A stretch of 64,000 nt of DNA from Felis catus (taxonomy: Eukaryota), in contig NC_058368.1 of the NCBI RefSeq assembly GCF_018350175.1, positions 227,354,001-227,418,000 on the forward strand. The letters are read 5' to 3'. The notes beneath the pieces were generated by a model, which was not told where the DNA came from, did not search any database, and saw only the letters and a list, made by a program, of their open reading frames with translations. Made by a program: the position numbers and the translations under genes. Positions 35,150 to 48,114 of the stretch are shown here, piece after piece. Position 1 is the first letter of the stretch, and each line of letters begins with the position of its first letter.

Positions 35150-35620
35150 TGTAATCTGATGAAAATGGCTCTGCACTTCCGTGATCTTCCAAAAACCCAT
35201 ACCCAGTCTAATTATGAGAAAAACACCAGACAAATGACAAATTCCATTTGAGCAGCATCCTACAAAATACTTCACTAGGAATCTTCAAAACTGTCAAGGT
35301 CACCCAAAACAAGAAAAGTGAGAGACTATCACAGTCAAGAGGAGTCTAAGGAGACGGACAAACAACTAAATGTAATGTGGGATCCTGCATGGGATCCTGG
35401 AACAAACAAAAAGTGTCCTTAAACAGAAGTCTGAGTAAACTATCACCTTCGTTTAATAATAACCTATCAATATTGGTTCATTAACTGTAATAAGTGTGCC
35501 ATACTAATGTGAGATGTTACCAATAAGGGAATTTGGGTACATAGGAACTCTGTATTTTCTTCTCCATTTTTCTGTAACTGTAAACTATTCAAAACAATAA
35601 AGTCTGTTATGTAGAAAAAA
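35150..35620 (+). mobile_element. L1MC-like 3' UTR fragment
   Basis: cccagtctaattatgagaaaaacaccagacaaa...tcttcaaaactgtcaaggtca...aactaaatgtaatgtgggatcctg. Confidence 0.7.
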
Positions 35621-35678
35621 ATAAAATCAACATGTCACAAACTGTTAAACCAAGATCTTCAAAATAATGAAGAATATT

Positions 35679-35867
35679 GGTACGCCTGGGTGGATCAGTC
35701 AGTTAAGCGTCTGACTGGCTCATGCCATGATCTCACAGTTGGTGGGTTTGAGCCCTCCATTGGGCTCTCTGCTGTCGGCGCAGGGCCTGCTTCGGGTCCT
35801 CTGTCCCCCTGTCTCTCTGCCCCTCCCCCACTCACTCTCTCTCAAAAATAAACAAACTTAAAAAAAT
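35679..35867 (+). mobile_element. CAN-SINE
   Basis: Head, CT tract, A tail. Confidence 0.88.
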
Positions 35868-36130
35868 AGCAAAGAATATCTAGTCATATTGTTCTTATTT
35901 TGCACTTCAGTAGAAAACTTTTAATGTTTATATTTCATCTTTAACCTTTTTAAACTTCCTACTATGTATATGTTTTATAGGGCACATATACATAAACACA
36001 GAGGTACACATACATTTGTAATATATATGTACACACTGGAGATGTGTGAAATATTTTTAACTGACGTTACAGAATTAAATGATTAGCAAGTGTGTTAAAC
36101 TAAATAATTCAGAAATTAAATTGGAGCTTC

Positions 36131-36321
36131 TTTTATTTTTATTGAGAAAAAGACAGAGAATGGGGGAGGGGCAGAGAGACAGGAAGAGACAGAATCCCAA
36201 GCAAGCTCCACACTGTCAGCAAAGAGCCAGACATGAGGGTCGAACTCACCAACTGTGAGATCATGACCTGAGCCAAAATCAAGAGTAGGACACTTAACCA
36301 ACTGAGCCACCCAGGAGCCCC
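36131..36321 (-). mobile_element. CAN-SINE
   Basis: Antisense copy; TSD aaattggag(c/t)ttctt. Confidence 0.9.
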
Positions 36322-37534
36322 TAAATTGGAGTTTCTTAGAGGAAATGGTGAAAAGTAAGCCTATGAACTGTGCTATAATTACAACTAGCCTATTCTTATG
36401 TCGAGATGAATAAATAATAACAAAAATCTATAAGCCTATGTAAAAGTCTATATATTAACATTGCTGTACACAATTCCAGTTCGTTTCCAGCTTCCCCTTA
36501 GAATCTAACATTCCTAATTAGGCAACGAAAAGCTATATGATGGAATTGTAATTTGTTAGTCCTTAGACTTGGTAACCAACATTTGGAATCACTTTGAAAT
36601 AGTGTTAACTATTCAGTAACATTTCTTCAGTTGCCTTGCCTAAAATAGTTAATTCATGAAAGACTCCAAGTTCCTTTTCTTTGAAAACACAGCCTTTACT
36701 CGTAATAACTGTTCATGAAGAACAGGGTTGGACCATTAGAGTGTTTGTGTCTTTGTTTGATTATTTAATTATTTGTAAGGAACTTATTACAAGTTGGAGG
36801 CATATTCCCCCCGCCCCCCACCATTCCATACCATAAAATCACATTTTACAGCAAAGTCAAAACACCCCCCATTTTTACTCTATGGAATTTCCCAACGTCA
36901 CAGCAATAAAAAATAGATTTCAAGCATATTCTGTACATCAATTTCAAAAGTATTAACAGGAAGGGTACTTTTTAGTTTATTCTAGTTTCACAGGTTATGT
37001 ACTGTACTCAGTCTTGAAAGGAAGTATTGTTAGTTTCACTTAGAAATTAACTACTCTAGGAATAGCCAAGTTGTATTTGAAAGACCCCTTTTTTCCAGCA
37101 CACCCCTTGTTTGTGGAAAGCTCACTTTTTTTTAAACAGGATGGGGGCGGGGACTACTGTCTTGGCAGTTCTGAGACTAGAAGAAATAACTTTAAATAGA
37201 AAAAAAAATAGGGGAAATAGTTCATTAGAAGAAATATCTTCCAGCCGTATTAATTTACCTGGAAAGCCCCAAAACTGTCCCCAAGAGTTTTTCTTGGGAG
37301 AAGTATGGCTTATGGTGATATTTATTTTATCATGAAAATAAAACTTTCATACATAAGGAGATGACAGAGTGAACGATGTTATATGAAGACTTGGGATTCT
37401 GGAAGATGTTAAACTAGTCATTGGCCTGTGGCTAAATAGTATTTCATCCTAAAGAAATCATCCAGGCAGATGAATCTTAATTTATTTAGAGAGCTTCTGA
37501 AATGGAATTCCATACTCTAACATACCTTAATATC

Positions 37535-37986
37535 TGCTATGGGCTGAATTGTATCCCCCATAAATTCATATGTTGAACCCTTAACCTCCAATGCGACTAT
37601 ATTTGGTGTTATGGACTAAATATTTGTGCCCCTCTCCCATTCATATGTTGAAACACTACTTCTCAATAGGATGGTATTAGAAGGCGGGCCTTTGGGGGAT
37701 AATTAAGATTAAATGAGGTCAGGAGGCTTGGAGCCCTCATGAATGAGCTTAGTGCCCTTATAAGAGTCATGACAAAGTTTTCTTCCCCTTGCTGCTCTCT
37801 GCCAGGTGAGGATACAAGGAGAAATCAGCAGTCTGCAAACCAGAAGATAGCTCTTTCCAGAACAGAACCATACTGGCACCCTGATCTTCAACTTCCAGCC
37901 TCTAAAACCATGAGAAATAAACTTCTGTTGTTTAAGCCCCCCAGTCTGTGGGATTTGTCTCATGGCAGCCCAAGCAGACTAGGACA
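37535..37986 (+). mobile_element. MaLR LTR(s), MLT1A/B-like; two LTR 5' ends (37535 and ~37607)
   Basis: tgctatgggctgaattgt..., then tgttatggactaaat...; ends gcagcccaagcagactaggaca. Confidence 0.82.
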
Positions 37987-38837
37987 GTATCACAAACTAC
38001 TTCCTTATACTTGCCTTTTAGGACGAGAATATGGGTTCCTTTGGCAAGCAAGCCCCTCGTTCATATTGCACACTGGAACTTACGGCCAAAGGGGCAAACG
38101 GTAGAGGTTCCCCCAGAAAATTAAGGTAAGGGAAGGATTCTTCGTCACTGCTGTGCCGTAACACAAGAAAGCTTCTCCTCCTCAAGTAGTCTGATGGCGG
38201 GTGAATGATTCACATATAACCCGATCTTATCTCCATCACACTAAGAGAGGAAAACGCCGCCCTACCATTACCAAAAACTCTCTACTTGTGATCGGGTAGC
38301 TTGTGAACCTTACCCTAAAATTCATACCGGCACGTCGTTGACAAAGTAACAAGCGCTTTCTGGACCTTCTGCTAATATTCTGTGTCATGAATTTTTCCTT
38401 TTACTTGGTCCAGAATTTTAGAAGGATAGCTGACTAGGCCTCCTTCGGAAGACATAAATGTGTAATTTCATTATCACTGCATCATTCCCAAAGACCTTGG
38501 CAGCTAGAATCTACCTTAAAATGGTGGTCTTCACACTTAGGGACCTCACATTTTCAGGGGACATCAGGGCCGTGTCATGCATTTGTGCTGCAAAAGTCCT
38601 GGGGCCGAAGATACCTTTCAAAGCTGTATGAGGGCACGGATAGGCTTGTCCTCCTCTCCAACTGCTTCCTTCCTGTTCACCGTCTTCTTACACAGAAACA
38701 GAAGACATCTCTCATCCATCTGAAATCTTACTACAGTGTGGGCCTCAGGGGCTGCCCTGTCCAACGCAGTAGATACTAGCTGCCTGTGGGTATTAAGCAC
38801 CTGAAAGGTAGCTGATCAGAATGAGCATTTGCTGTCT

Positions 38838-39049
38838 GGGGGCTCCTGGGTGGCTCAGTGGGTTAGGCATCCATCTTTGGCTCAGGTCGCGATTTCACAG
38901 TTCATTAGTTCGAGCCCGGCGTCGGACTCTGTGCTGACAGCTCAGAGCCTGGAGACTGCTTCAGATTCTGTGTGTGTGTCTCTCTCTCTTTGCCTCTCCC
39001 CCGCTTGCACGCTGTCTCTCTCTCAAAATAAGTAAACATTAAAAAAAAA
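38838..39049 (+). mobile_element. CAN-SINE
   Basis: Head, CT tract, A tail. Confidence 0.9.
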
Positions 39050-39056
39050 CTTTGCT

Positions 39057-39300
39057 GGGGCGCCTGGGTGGCGCAGTCGGTTAAGCGTCCGACTTCAGCC
39101 AGGTCACGATCTCGCAGTCTCGCGGTCCGGGAGTTCGAGCCCCGCGTCGGGCTCTGGGTTGATGGCTCAGAGCCTGGGGCCTGTTTCCGATTCTGTGTCT
39201 CCCTCTCTCTCTGCCCCTCCCTCGTTCATGCTCTGTCTCTCTCTGTCCCAAAAATAAATAAACGTTGAAAAAAATTTAAAAAACAAAACAAAACAAAACA
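39057..39300 (+). mobile_element. Young felid SINEC_Fc-like element
   Basis: gtggcgcagtcggttaagcgtccgacttcagccaggtcacgatctcgc; CpGs retained; TSD aaaactttgctg. Confidence 0.93.
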
Positions 39301-39424
39301 AAACTTTGCTGTCTGTATCAAACACTATAGGATTTCGAGAACTTAGGACCAAAAAACAAGAATGTGAAGTATCTCATTTTAAATTTTTTATATTGGCTGT
39401 TGAAATGATCATATTTTAGAAATA

Positions 39425-39758
39425 CAGTTGACCCTTGAATAACGTGGAGGTTAGGGGCACCGAACCCCCACACAGTCAAAAATCCAAGTATAACTTTTGA
39501 CTCTCTAAAAACTTAACTGCTAATAACATACTGTTGACCAGAAANNNNNNNNNNNNNNNNNNNNNNNNNNNNNNNNNNNNNNNNNNNNNNNNNNNNNNNN
39601 NNNNNNNNNNNNNNNNNNNNNNNNNNNNNNNNNNNNNNNNNNNNNNNNNNNNNNNNNNNNNNNNNNNNNNNNNNNNNACCGTACTATATTTAATGAAAAA
39701 AATTCCACATATAAGCCCACCCTGTACTGTTCAAACTGTGATGTTCAAGGGCTGACTG
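39425..39758. mobile_element. Tigger2a-like Tc1/mariner MITE (contains an N gap)
   Basis: TIRs cagttgacccttgaa ... ttcaagggctgactg, preceded by TA. Confidence 0.8.
39545..39677. other. Assembly gap (N run)
   Basis: 133 N; further gaps at 56461-56635 and 56694-56891. Confidence 0.99.
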
Positions 39759-40334
39759 GATTACATTACATGCATTATTAACTTCACTTGTTTCTTTTTA
39801 ATTTTTTAGTATATTACTGAAGGTTTTAGATTACGTATGTGGCTCACAGTATGTTTCTATTGGATGGTGCTATTCTAGAGCATCAAACCAAAGGCACAAT
39901 TTAAATAATGCTTTCGGAGAAGCCTCCCAAAGAAGGCACCAAAAACTTGCATTCAGGCTTGGTGTCTTTCCTTTTCTTCTCCCAAGAGTGGGTATTTTGG
40001 TATTTCAATGGAGTGTTTTGGCCAATATGTTAATTCAGATAGAGTGCAGAGTGGGATTATCAGGGTGACAATAACTTCACCCAAAGAAAGCATTGCTCCT
40101 GAGGGAGAGTCTTGAGAGAACAAAGCAGAGAATATCAGTAAGAGATTAGCATCCCGTGTTGCCCAGGTGTCAAACTCATGGCAAGGACACTATCTTAGAA
40201 CGAGTGTTTGTTTTTGTGAGGTTAGTGAGGTGGTGCTTCCCAGAAACCAGAAGGTGACGGGCTCTCATGACTGGATTACAGATCCTTCTGTAATCCAGGT
40301 AGTTTCTAAGGCTTTGTTTTCAACAGAGTCGAAG

Positions 40335-41564
40335 GAGAACCTAAAGCTATTAGCTGATGATTTAAAATACTAAATGAGGGGTGCCTGGCTGGCTCAGTTG
40401 ATAGAGCAACTCTTGATCTCAGGGTCATGAGTTCAAGCCCCATGTCGAGCACAGAGTTTACTTAAAATTTTTTGTTGAAAAAATAAAACAAAATACTTAA
40501 CAAGAGATTGCTATGACACTTTTGGCATGCAAGTCACAAGCGGAAGGAATCGAATGATTTTGTTATGACAGAAATCCATTTTCTTCTCTTTATGAGAACA
40601 ATGTTTCTCAATGCTTATACCTATAAAACCCAAAAATAAGAATCGAAATTAAATCCTCTAACAATAAATAACATTCATCAGTAGATTTTGAAAGGGATGT
40701 GTCCAATAGAATTTTACCAAGTATGCATAATAACTTTCAAACTTTACAACATATTTTAATCAAGTGTTTACTATTAATAATTTTATAACGATAAATAAAT
40801 TTGTTGAGTAATTTTAAATAATAAAAGGCCTTCAAACATAACAATATGCTGCATTCAATAGAATTCTGGGAAAAGAGAATGGAGTAGAAAGGAGATTCCA
40901 ATGCGAAAAAGGAACGATAATGAAATTGCAGTCTTTATGAATGGTAGTGAATTTCTAATAAGTATATTATTCAGGTTCTATTGGAAACTTGAGTTGTATG
41001 ATTATCTTATTTTAAAATGTCGATAGTCCTTTATAAAAAATTAAATTCTCTGGGAAAAAATGTATTATTATTTTGCTAGAACACTATAATATGTCGTTTA
41101 TGTTTGTATGAAATATTTTCAATTCCAAAGGGTGATATAGATTTTCAACAAAAGAGCACTCTGAATCCCAACTAAGCATGGAGGAGATAATCAACAACTT
41201 GTTTGATACGTTAATTATTCAATCAGATTTTTGTTGAACATCTGATCTGTTTGAGCCGCACCTTACCTAAAGTGGAATGTTCCTAATACCAGAACAGATA
41301 TATAATTTTATCTCCAAACTTCAGGAACAAACATGAGTCCTTCCACTCTCTAAACAAGAGCCAATTAATACAGCCATTCTGAATTTTGAGAAAATAAAAT
41401 AAAATAAAATGTCAGTAATCATTTATCGTCCAGTGGAAATTACATCCTTTACAATTAAATTTCTAGTGGAAAATTTTAGATATCAACCTTCAAGTGCGGA
41501 AGGAGTTTTACGGTTTCTCAAAGCCCTTTGACGGGTGTGGGCGGGCAAAGATATTCAGCTGACT
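40335..41564 (+). mobile_element. hAT-Charlie (Charlie2-like) transposon fossil, 3' part, with a short SINE at ~40378-40470
   Basis: Degenerate transposase C-terminus (..HFWH.., L*EQCFSMLIPIKPKNKNR, similar to LCEQGFSALTSIKTKNRNR); terminus-like end at ..gactg. Confidence 0.5.
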
Positions 41565-41857
41565 GTCTTAGATGGCAACTAATCAAAATCCCTTCATTTA
41601 AGATATGTGGCAGCTGAGGACCGGAAGTTCTGTTGTTGAACCAGAACCCAGAGTGTTTGGGGTTGGAGCTGCCCTCTGCCATCCGCGGTCACCTGTCCAT
41701 GCCAGTCTCACCCATTCTCAGGATTCCCTCTACAGCAACATTGACGAGTGTGAGGAATTCATACATCTATCATGGTAACATGGGTCATATCTTATCTAAC
41801 TATTGATTTCCCTAACCAAGATGGAAGTGCTTTCAGGGAAGTAGATATTAATTATTT

Positions 41858-42511
41858 TACTTAGCTTGGGTTGGGCTGCCATAAAAAAAAAACAAAACAA
41901 AAATGCCAAAGACTGAGAGGCTTAAACAACAGAAATATAGGAGCACCTGGGTGGCTTAGTCAGTTGAGCGTCCTTCCGACTCTCGATTTCAGCCCAGGTC
42001 ATGATCCCAGGGTCGTGGGAAGGGGCCCTGAGCCAGGCTTTGCGCTGAGCATCAAGCCTGCTTGGGATTCACTTTCCCTCTACCGGTCTTCCTCACTGAC
42101 ATTCTCTCTCTCACTCGCTCTCTTACATAAATAAGTAAAACCTATCCTTCCAAAAAAAAAAAAAAAAAACCCAGAAATTTATTTTCTCCCAATCTGGAAG
42201 CTGAGAGCCTCAGATCAGAGCGTCAGCGGAGTTGGATTCTGGCGTGAGCTCTCTTCCTGGCTTGCAGACATCTGCTTTCTGACCGCACATGCTCAAAGGG
42301 GAGGGATGATGGGGCTGGGGGCTGGTTCGCTCCGGTGTCTCTTCCTCTTCTTGTAAGTACACTAAGCACACTGCATCGGGGCCCGACTCTTTGGGCTTCA
42401 TTTAACCTTACTTACTTCAATAAAGGCCCTGTCTCCAAATACAGTTACACTGTAGGGGTGAGGGCATCAACACACGCATTTTAGTTAGACACAAACATTC
42501 CGTTCATAACA
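41858..42511 (-). mobile_element. MaLR LTR (MLT1A/B-like) interrupted by a + strand CAN-SINE at 41939-42169
   Basis: gggctgccataa..ggcttaaacaacagaaat|SINE|ttattttctc..ctctcttcctggcttgcaga..tctccaaatacagt..cataaca. Confidence 0.82.
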
Positions 42512-42834
42512 CTCATAAATCTTTGTGCACCTTGTTCTTAACCCAGTGGATGGTACCAGTGATCACTAATAAACTTTTGTTCAGTGAATTTAGTATTAAT
42601 TCCTTACAGCAGTATCACAGTGGCAATGTAGATAGCAAAGGGAAAACTAGCTGGGTGACCTTGAGCAAGTCATTTAACCTCTCTGAGCCTCAGTTTCTTT
42701 AGAAATAAAATCCAGATAATAATTCTCAGAGGTCTGCTATGAGGATTAGAAGGGAGGTGTGAAAGGGGTCTGGTAGAGTGCTTGTGGAATAACAGCTCTT
42801 CCTTTCTTTGTTTCTTTCTTTCCTTCTTTCTTTC

Positions 42835-43032
42835 AATATTTATTTACTTTTTGAGAGAGAGACAGAGTGTGAGTGAGAGAGGGACAGAGAGAGAGGGAGA
42901 CGCAGAATCTGAAACACGCTCCAGGCTCTGAGCTGTCAGCACAGAGCCCGATGTGGGGCTCGAACTCACCAATGGTGAGATCGTGACCTGAGCCAAAGTC
43001 AGATGCTTACCCAACTGAGCCACCCAGGCGCC
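42835..43032 (-). mobile_element. CAN-SINE
   Basis: Antisense copy. Confidence 0.9.
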
Positions 43033-45260
43033 CTGACCAACAGCCCTTTCTAATCCTTTTGCTTTGCACCTTTTAGTTTGTGCTGCCCCTTTGCGTATAC
43101 CATCCCCCAAGTCAAGACCTGAATGTCTCAGACACCTCTGACACTAAGCCTAGTGATCTTTCCACCACACCCGGTGATCCAAGACCTTGTGAAAAGTGTT
43201 GATTTACAATAACCTTGGACTTCACAGGGTCATAATTTCTGTTTTGTGAAATGAGGTAGTTCACTGAACTGGTCCAGTCAGCAGGGCAATCAAGAAGCCA
43301 GGTTAAGGAATCTATCTGGTAGGGAGAGAGAAATATTAGGTGTTTTAAATAGCTGTTTTCTTGCAAAATTATCAGCTACTTGCAGTTTCCTTAAATAAAT
43401 AATTTTTCAGAGTATTTGTAGCCTTGGGGCACCTGACTGGCTCAGTAGAGCATGTGTGTGACTTTTGATCTTGGGGTTGCGAGGTCAAGCCTCACACAAG
43501 GTGTAGAGCCTACTTAGAATATGTACACATACTTACAGTCAAAGATTTGTGGGTAAGTCCATTCACCGACACTAGATGGCACTAGAAGAACCTCTCCGGG
43601 ACAAGTCCCTGACTGCCCAGTAGCTGGTCCCCACCATTCACAGCCTGAAAACTTTGAGCAAAGAGGTCAAGAAAACTTAGAGAAATGTTCTTCTTTTTCT
43701 AGGTAGAGTCTATACATTTTCTCTCTAAGGGGTTGAACTGCAGTAACTAGTATGTAGAGAAACAAGGCTCCCGTGGAAAACTACAGCTAGCGTGGATCAA
43801 ATCAGGACACGATGGGGATCCCAGTGCTGACACTTAACAGCTGGTTTTCCAGGAGAAGGTCTGTCTCCTGCCCTGTGTGCCTCCCATGGGACTGCTGGGA
43901 GGCCCGCACGGAGCATGTATGAGAATTGCCATGTGCTGCGATTAAAAACTAAGGTCCTGTCCGCCGAGGCTCCTGCCTTGCCCCAGCTCTGGGTTTCCAC
44001 GTGTCTGGCCCCTGCCTATTCTTTATTAACTCCAAGATCACTCTCATAAATTTAAAAAGGACTTCAGCACCGGATATCTTCGTTTCAACATTTCCTTGGA
44101 CAAATGACTGAAACTCACAGCTCAGAGTGGCCTCCCCATCAACGATGTTCATCTTTTCTTCACCCACTTCATCCAACGGCTACACTCTAGACCTTGTCAT
44201 TGGCTGGAAGTAAACCCCCTTAAAGTCACACTCCACTGTCAGAAGCCACCTCCCCCCCCACCCCCCCGCTCTCTGCCCTACTCATCACTTTCAGAGCGAC
44301 TGCTAGCTCCGTCCGTCCTTCCTTCTTCTCTCCCTGTTTATCAGTTCCCCCTTCTCTACCCACAGAGCCCCTGTCTCTTCTTGCCTCTGTATTTACTCAT
44401 CAACACCTACAACCCCCTCACTCCCCACCCCTCCAGGGCTGCCAGCTCTCATGCCCCCCCCCCCCCACCTGGACCAGCGTGGCCCTTCTAGGCAATGCAG
44501 AGCACCTAGAGGGGAGAGCACAGACAAAGAACTGAATGACTACTGACAAAGAGCTATGTAGCCCTGAGCACATTATTAATCTCTCTGAGCATCAGTCTTG
44601 GGTATATTAAGGAGATGAGAAAATCTATTCATAGGAATATAAGAGAGATAACAGTGAAATGAGATTTTTTTACGCTTTTATCTCTAGCATCTCCTACATC
44701 TGTGATCTTTCCCTGGTATCCAGAGGGCAAGTAGATGAGTGGGTGGGCCTGGATTATTAGAGTAGCAGTGCAAATAGAGGCAGAATGTAGTTTTCTTCTA
44801 AAACAGATCATTAGATGCAAAACCAAAGGCCTGAGGAAAGTAGGATTTAGAGATGATGCCAAAACACAGCCTGAAAAGACACTGGGAAAGAGCCAGGCAC
44901 ACCTGCCCCTTAGTCACCCACCATCCGCAGGAGGAAGGTCCTGAGCGGGGCCCTCGGAGGCAACAGCAGGAGAGGCGAAGGGCTGGGTTTGTCACTTTTC
45001 AAGAGTCCAACACTCACCCAAGCCCAAAACCATGACACCTAGGTGGAGGTGGGGTTGTGGAAGGGAAATCCAGAGCAGATATTAAGTCACTCAGTCGTCA
45101 ATACAGCTCCGCAGAACCATTATAACCTGCATTAAAACAACCCCACAAGACTATTACTGGCCCCATTTCACAGAACAGGAAAGTATGTGACAGAGTCAGG
45201 ATTCGAACCCTGGCCAGCTGGCCTCAAAGGCCGTACTCTTAGCCACCATACTACACAGTC

Positions 45261-45470
45261 TTTTTTTTTTTTATGTTTATTTTTGAGAGAGAGAGAGAGA
45301 GAGAGAGCAAGTGGGGAAGGAGCAGAGAGAGAGGGAGACACAGAATCCAAAGCAGGCTCCAGGCTCAGAGCTGTCAGCACAGAGCCGGATGTGGGGTTCA
45401 AACCCATGTACCATGAGATCACGACCTGAGCTGAGGTCGGACTCAACTGACTGAGCCACCCAGGCGCCCC
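45261..45470 (-). mobile_element. CAN-SINE
   Basis: Antisense copy; TSD ctacacag(t/c)ctttt. Confidence 0.9.
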
Positions 45471-46389
45471 TACACAGCCTTTTGATAAACATCAGTTCCC
45501 TACACTCATCCAACCCCTTCTCTGTTAAATGTCAGGGCGAAGAAGCACAGTCAAAAAATTACCGTGGGTTTCATGCTATTACTACTTAAGGTCTAAACTC
45601 AGCTGGGCCTCAGTTCTGCTCTGTCACCTGTTTGTTGTCGATCCGCTCCCCCCACCCCAAGTCCTCCAGTGGCCCATAAGACCTTCCCATCCCCTGCCCT
45701 CTTCCTGTTCAGCAATAAACTTGCTCACAGAGGAAGGTAGATTCTCTCAGCTTCTTCCCTCAACTAATTTATTGTCAAGCGCACCCTCCCACCCTCCTTT
45801 TCAACTAGTCTCCGAGGAACGTGTGTCTATCCGTCTATCCCCCTGCTTCGCACCATTCCCTCCCCTGCCCTTTCACCTCCTCCAGGATTCCCACGGAGGG
45901 TCCCTTTCCAATGTCTCCAACCTCCCCGCTCTGCCAGGTTCTTTCTCGCAGCATATGAGCAAAATACGGTCTTGCCCTCCCTTCACGTCATTCCCACCCG
46001 TAATTGATCTGGACATCAGGAGCTTCTAAATCCAGTCCCCAAACCCTAAGTAGTGAGGAAATTTCTCTCATTCACGAAAAAAGTGAGAAAAACAAGGACA
46101 GCAGGGAGTTTCTCATTAAGCTAAGGTAATTAAATTTAAACGATTTTCTTTAGTTCTGAAGTGATGGCCTTTTTTTTTTTTTTTTAGTGTTTAGTTATTC
46201 TTTGCACACTGCCTTTCAACAGTGTGAACACTTTGCTTGCACGAGAAAAAGAAAACAAAAAAAACCTCCCCCTTTGCCGTGTTAAGACATCGAGTTTGGA
46301 GGGGTTCTTAGTTCTCGTGCATTACCTAGCCCGGTTCTCAACCTCTGCCCCTGAACATCTCTACGTTCTTTCTTTGCACTCTTCAAGAC

Positions 46390-46550
46390 TTGAAGATCAG
46401 TGCTTCACGGGTGTACAGTGTAATGATTCAACACTTCTGTGTCTTACTCAGTACTCATCAAGATGAATGTGCTCTCGTAATCTCCTTTATCTATCTCACC
46501 CATCCCTCCGCCCACCTCCCCTCTGGCAACCACCGGTTTGTTCTCTGTCT
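46390..46550 (-). mobile_element. Carnivore L1 3' fragment
   Basis: ggtgtacagtgtaatgattcaaca...cacctcccctctggcaaccaccggtttgttctctgt. Confidence 0.75.
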
Positions 46551-46554
46551 TCTT

Positions 46555-47048
46555 GACGCTGTGGCATCTGGGACCTGGCTAGCGAATCTCCAGACATAAC
46601 AAGCCACTTCCCGGTGAGCTCACCTTTCGCATGCGAACTAACCAATCCAAAGCCCATATCCTGCCCCCTACCTTTATCAGGCTTCCACAGGGTCCTTACA
46701 TTTGGACCAATGTTCCCCTGTCCTAATCACCCCAGGGCGAGACAATGGATGACACAAAACGGCCCCCTACACCCTAGAGCCTACTGAAATTATTCAAACG
46801 AGCCGGTCCTAAACCTGCTTACCCTGACTCACCTGTTCCTTTAAGTGACAAAGGAACACAGCAAAAGTGCTCGCCCATGCCTTCCCCTCCCTCCTGCCTC
46901 CTGACTGACACTGGTGCCTCGCCTGTGGACGTGTGTCGCAAGGCCTGCCTCCTACTCTTGGGAACAAACTGTTCCTTCAGTGACGATCGTCTCCTGATCT
47001 GCCGGCCTCACCATTCCCCAAAGATAATATCAACTCCATTTTAAAACA
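46555..47048 (+). mobile_element. ERV-L class solo LTR (MER74-like)
   Basis: actaaccaatccaaagccc..cctaatcaccccaggg..gaaattattcaaac..cctaaacctgcttaccctg..ctcctgatctg..cattttaaaaca. Confidence 0.65.
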
Positions 47049-47146
47049 GGACCTCCATGAGCTTTTGTTTATGTAGGTTCTATATACTGATATTTACTGT
47101 TTTAGGTATTAAAATTGATAGAGGTTAAAAATACATACTCATTCTT

Positions 47147-47378
47147 GGGGCGCCGGGGTGGCTCAGTCGGTTTGGGACCTGACTTTGGCTCCGGTCATGA
47201 TCTCACGGTTCGTGAGTTTGAGCCCCGCTTTGGACCCTCTTCTGTCAGCACAGAGCCCAGTTCGGATCTTCTGTACCCTCTCTCTCTGCCCCTACCCTGC
47301 TTGTTCTCTCTCTCTCTGTCTCAAAAATAAATAAAAAAATGTTTTAAATGTTTTAATAAATAAGTAAATAAATAAAAA
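47147..47378 (+). mobile_element. CAN-SINE
   Basis: Head, CT tract, A tail. Confidence 0.88.
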
Positions 47379-47663
47379 CACACACTAATTCTTTTTAAAA
47401 ATAATCCCATTATACGTTAACATAACATCTTAGTGAAAAATCACTACATTTTCAAAAAAATGTGGCGAGAAGAGTAGCATTGTTTTAGTGTTTGCAAATC
47501 TCTTTTATGTCTGACTTAATAGACTGGAACTGGATTTTCAGTCTGCCTCCACATTGAAAGAGTGGCAGAAAATGCCATACTCTGGAAAATGCCACAATAC
47601 CCTAATGAGAGACTGAGAACGAAGAAGGCAAATACCATTTTAATATTCAAAAACTGATCTTGA

Positions 47664-47881
47664 GGGGTGCCTGGGTGGCTCAGTCCGTTGAGCATCCAAC
47701 TTCGGCCCGGGTCATGATCTCCCAGTTCGTGGGTTCGAGCCCCGTGTCGGGCTCTGTGCCGACAGCTCAGAGCCTGGAGCCCGCTTCGGATTCTGTGTCT
47801 CCCTCTCTCTCTGCCCCTTCCCTGCTTGTGCTCTGTCTTTCTCTCTCTCTCAAAAATAAATAACATCAAAAACATTTTTTA
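47664..47881 (+). mobile_element. CAN-SINE
   Basis: TSD aaaaactgatcttga. Confidence 0.92.
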
Positions 47882-48114
47882 AAAAACTGATCTTGAAACT
47901 GATTTTGTCCTCACAGACCCACTGAAAGGGTCCCCAGGCCACAGTCTGGGAATGTTGATCCTAACAATCTCCATCAATACAGACAGGTTTTTGAGCTGTG
48001 GAAATGTGCACACTAAAAGGGAATTTTCTGATTCAAAGTTTAAATTAAAATTGTCCTCTACATTCTGGGGGGGTCATAGTCTTAATGTAGGTCTTCAAGA
48101 AAGCAGAACATGAT

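Larger units (their letters stand above)
38752..39870 (-). mobile_element. MER33-like hAT MITE interrupted by two SINEs and a Tigger element
   Basis: ctgccctgtccaa...agcacctgaaa at the left end, tatgtggctcac..tttctattgga at the right end. Confidence 0.7.
47049..47955 (+). mobile_element. hAT-Charlie MITE (Charlie4a-like), split by two SINEs; left end probably at ~46330-46388
   Basis: gagcttttgtttatgt..gatatttac..attaaaa; gagaagagtagcattgttttag..gcaaatctctttt; cacagacccactgaaagggtcc. Confidence 0.55.
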
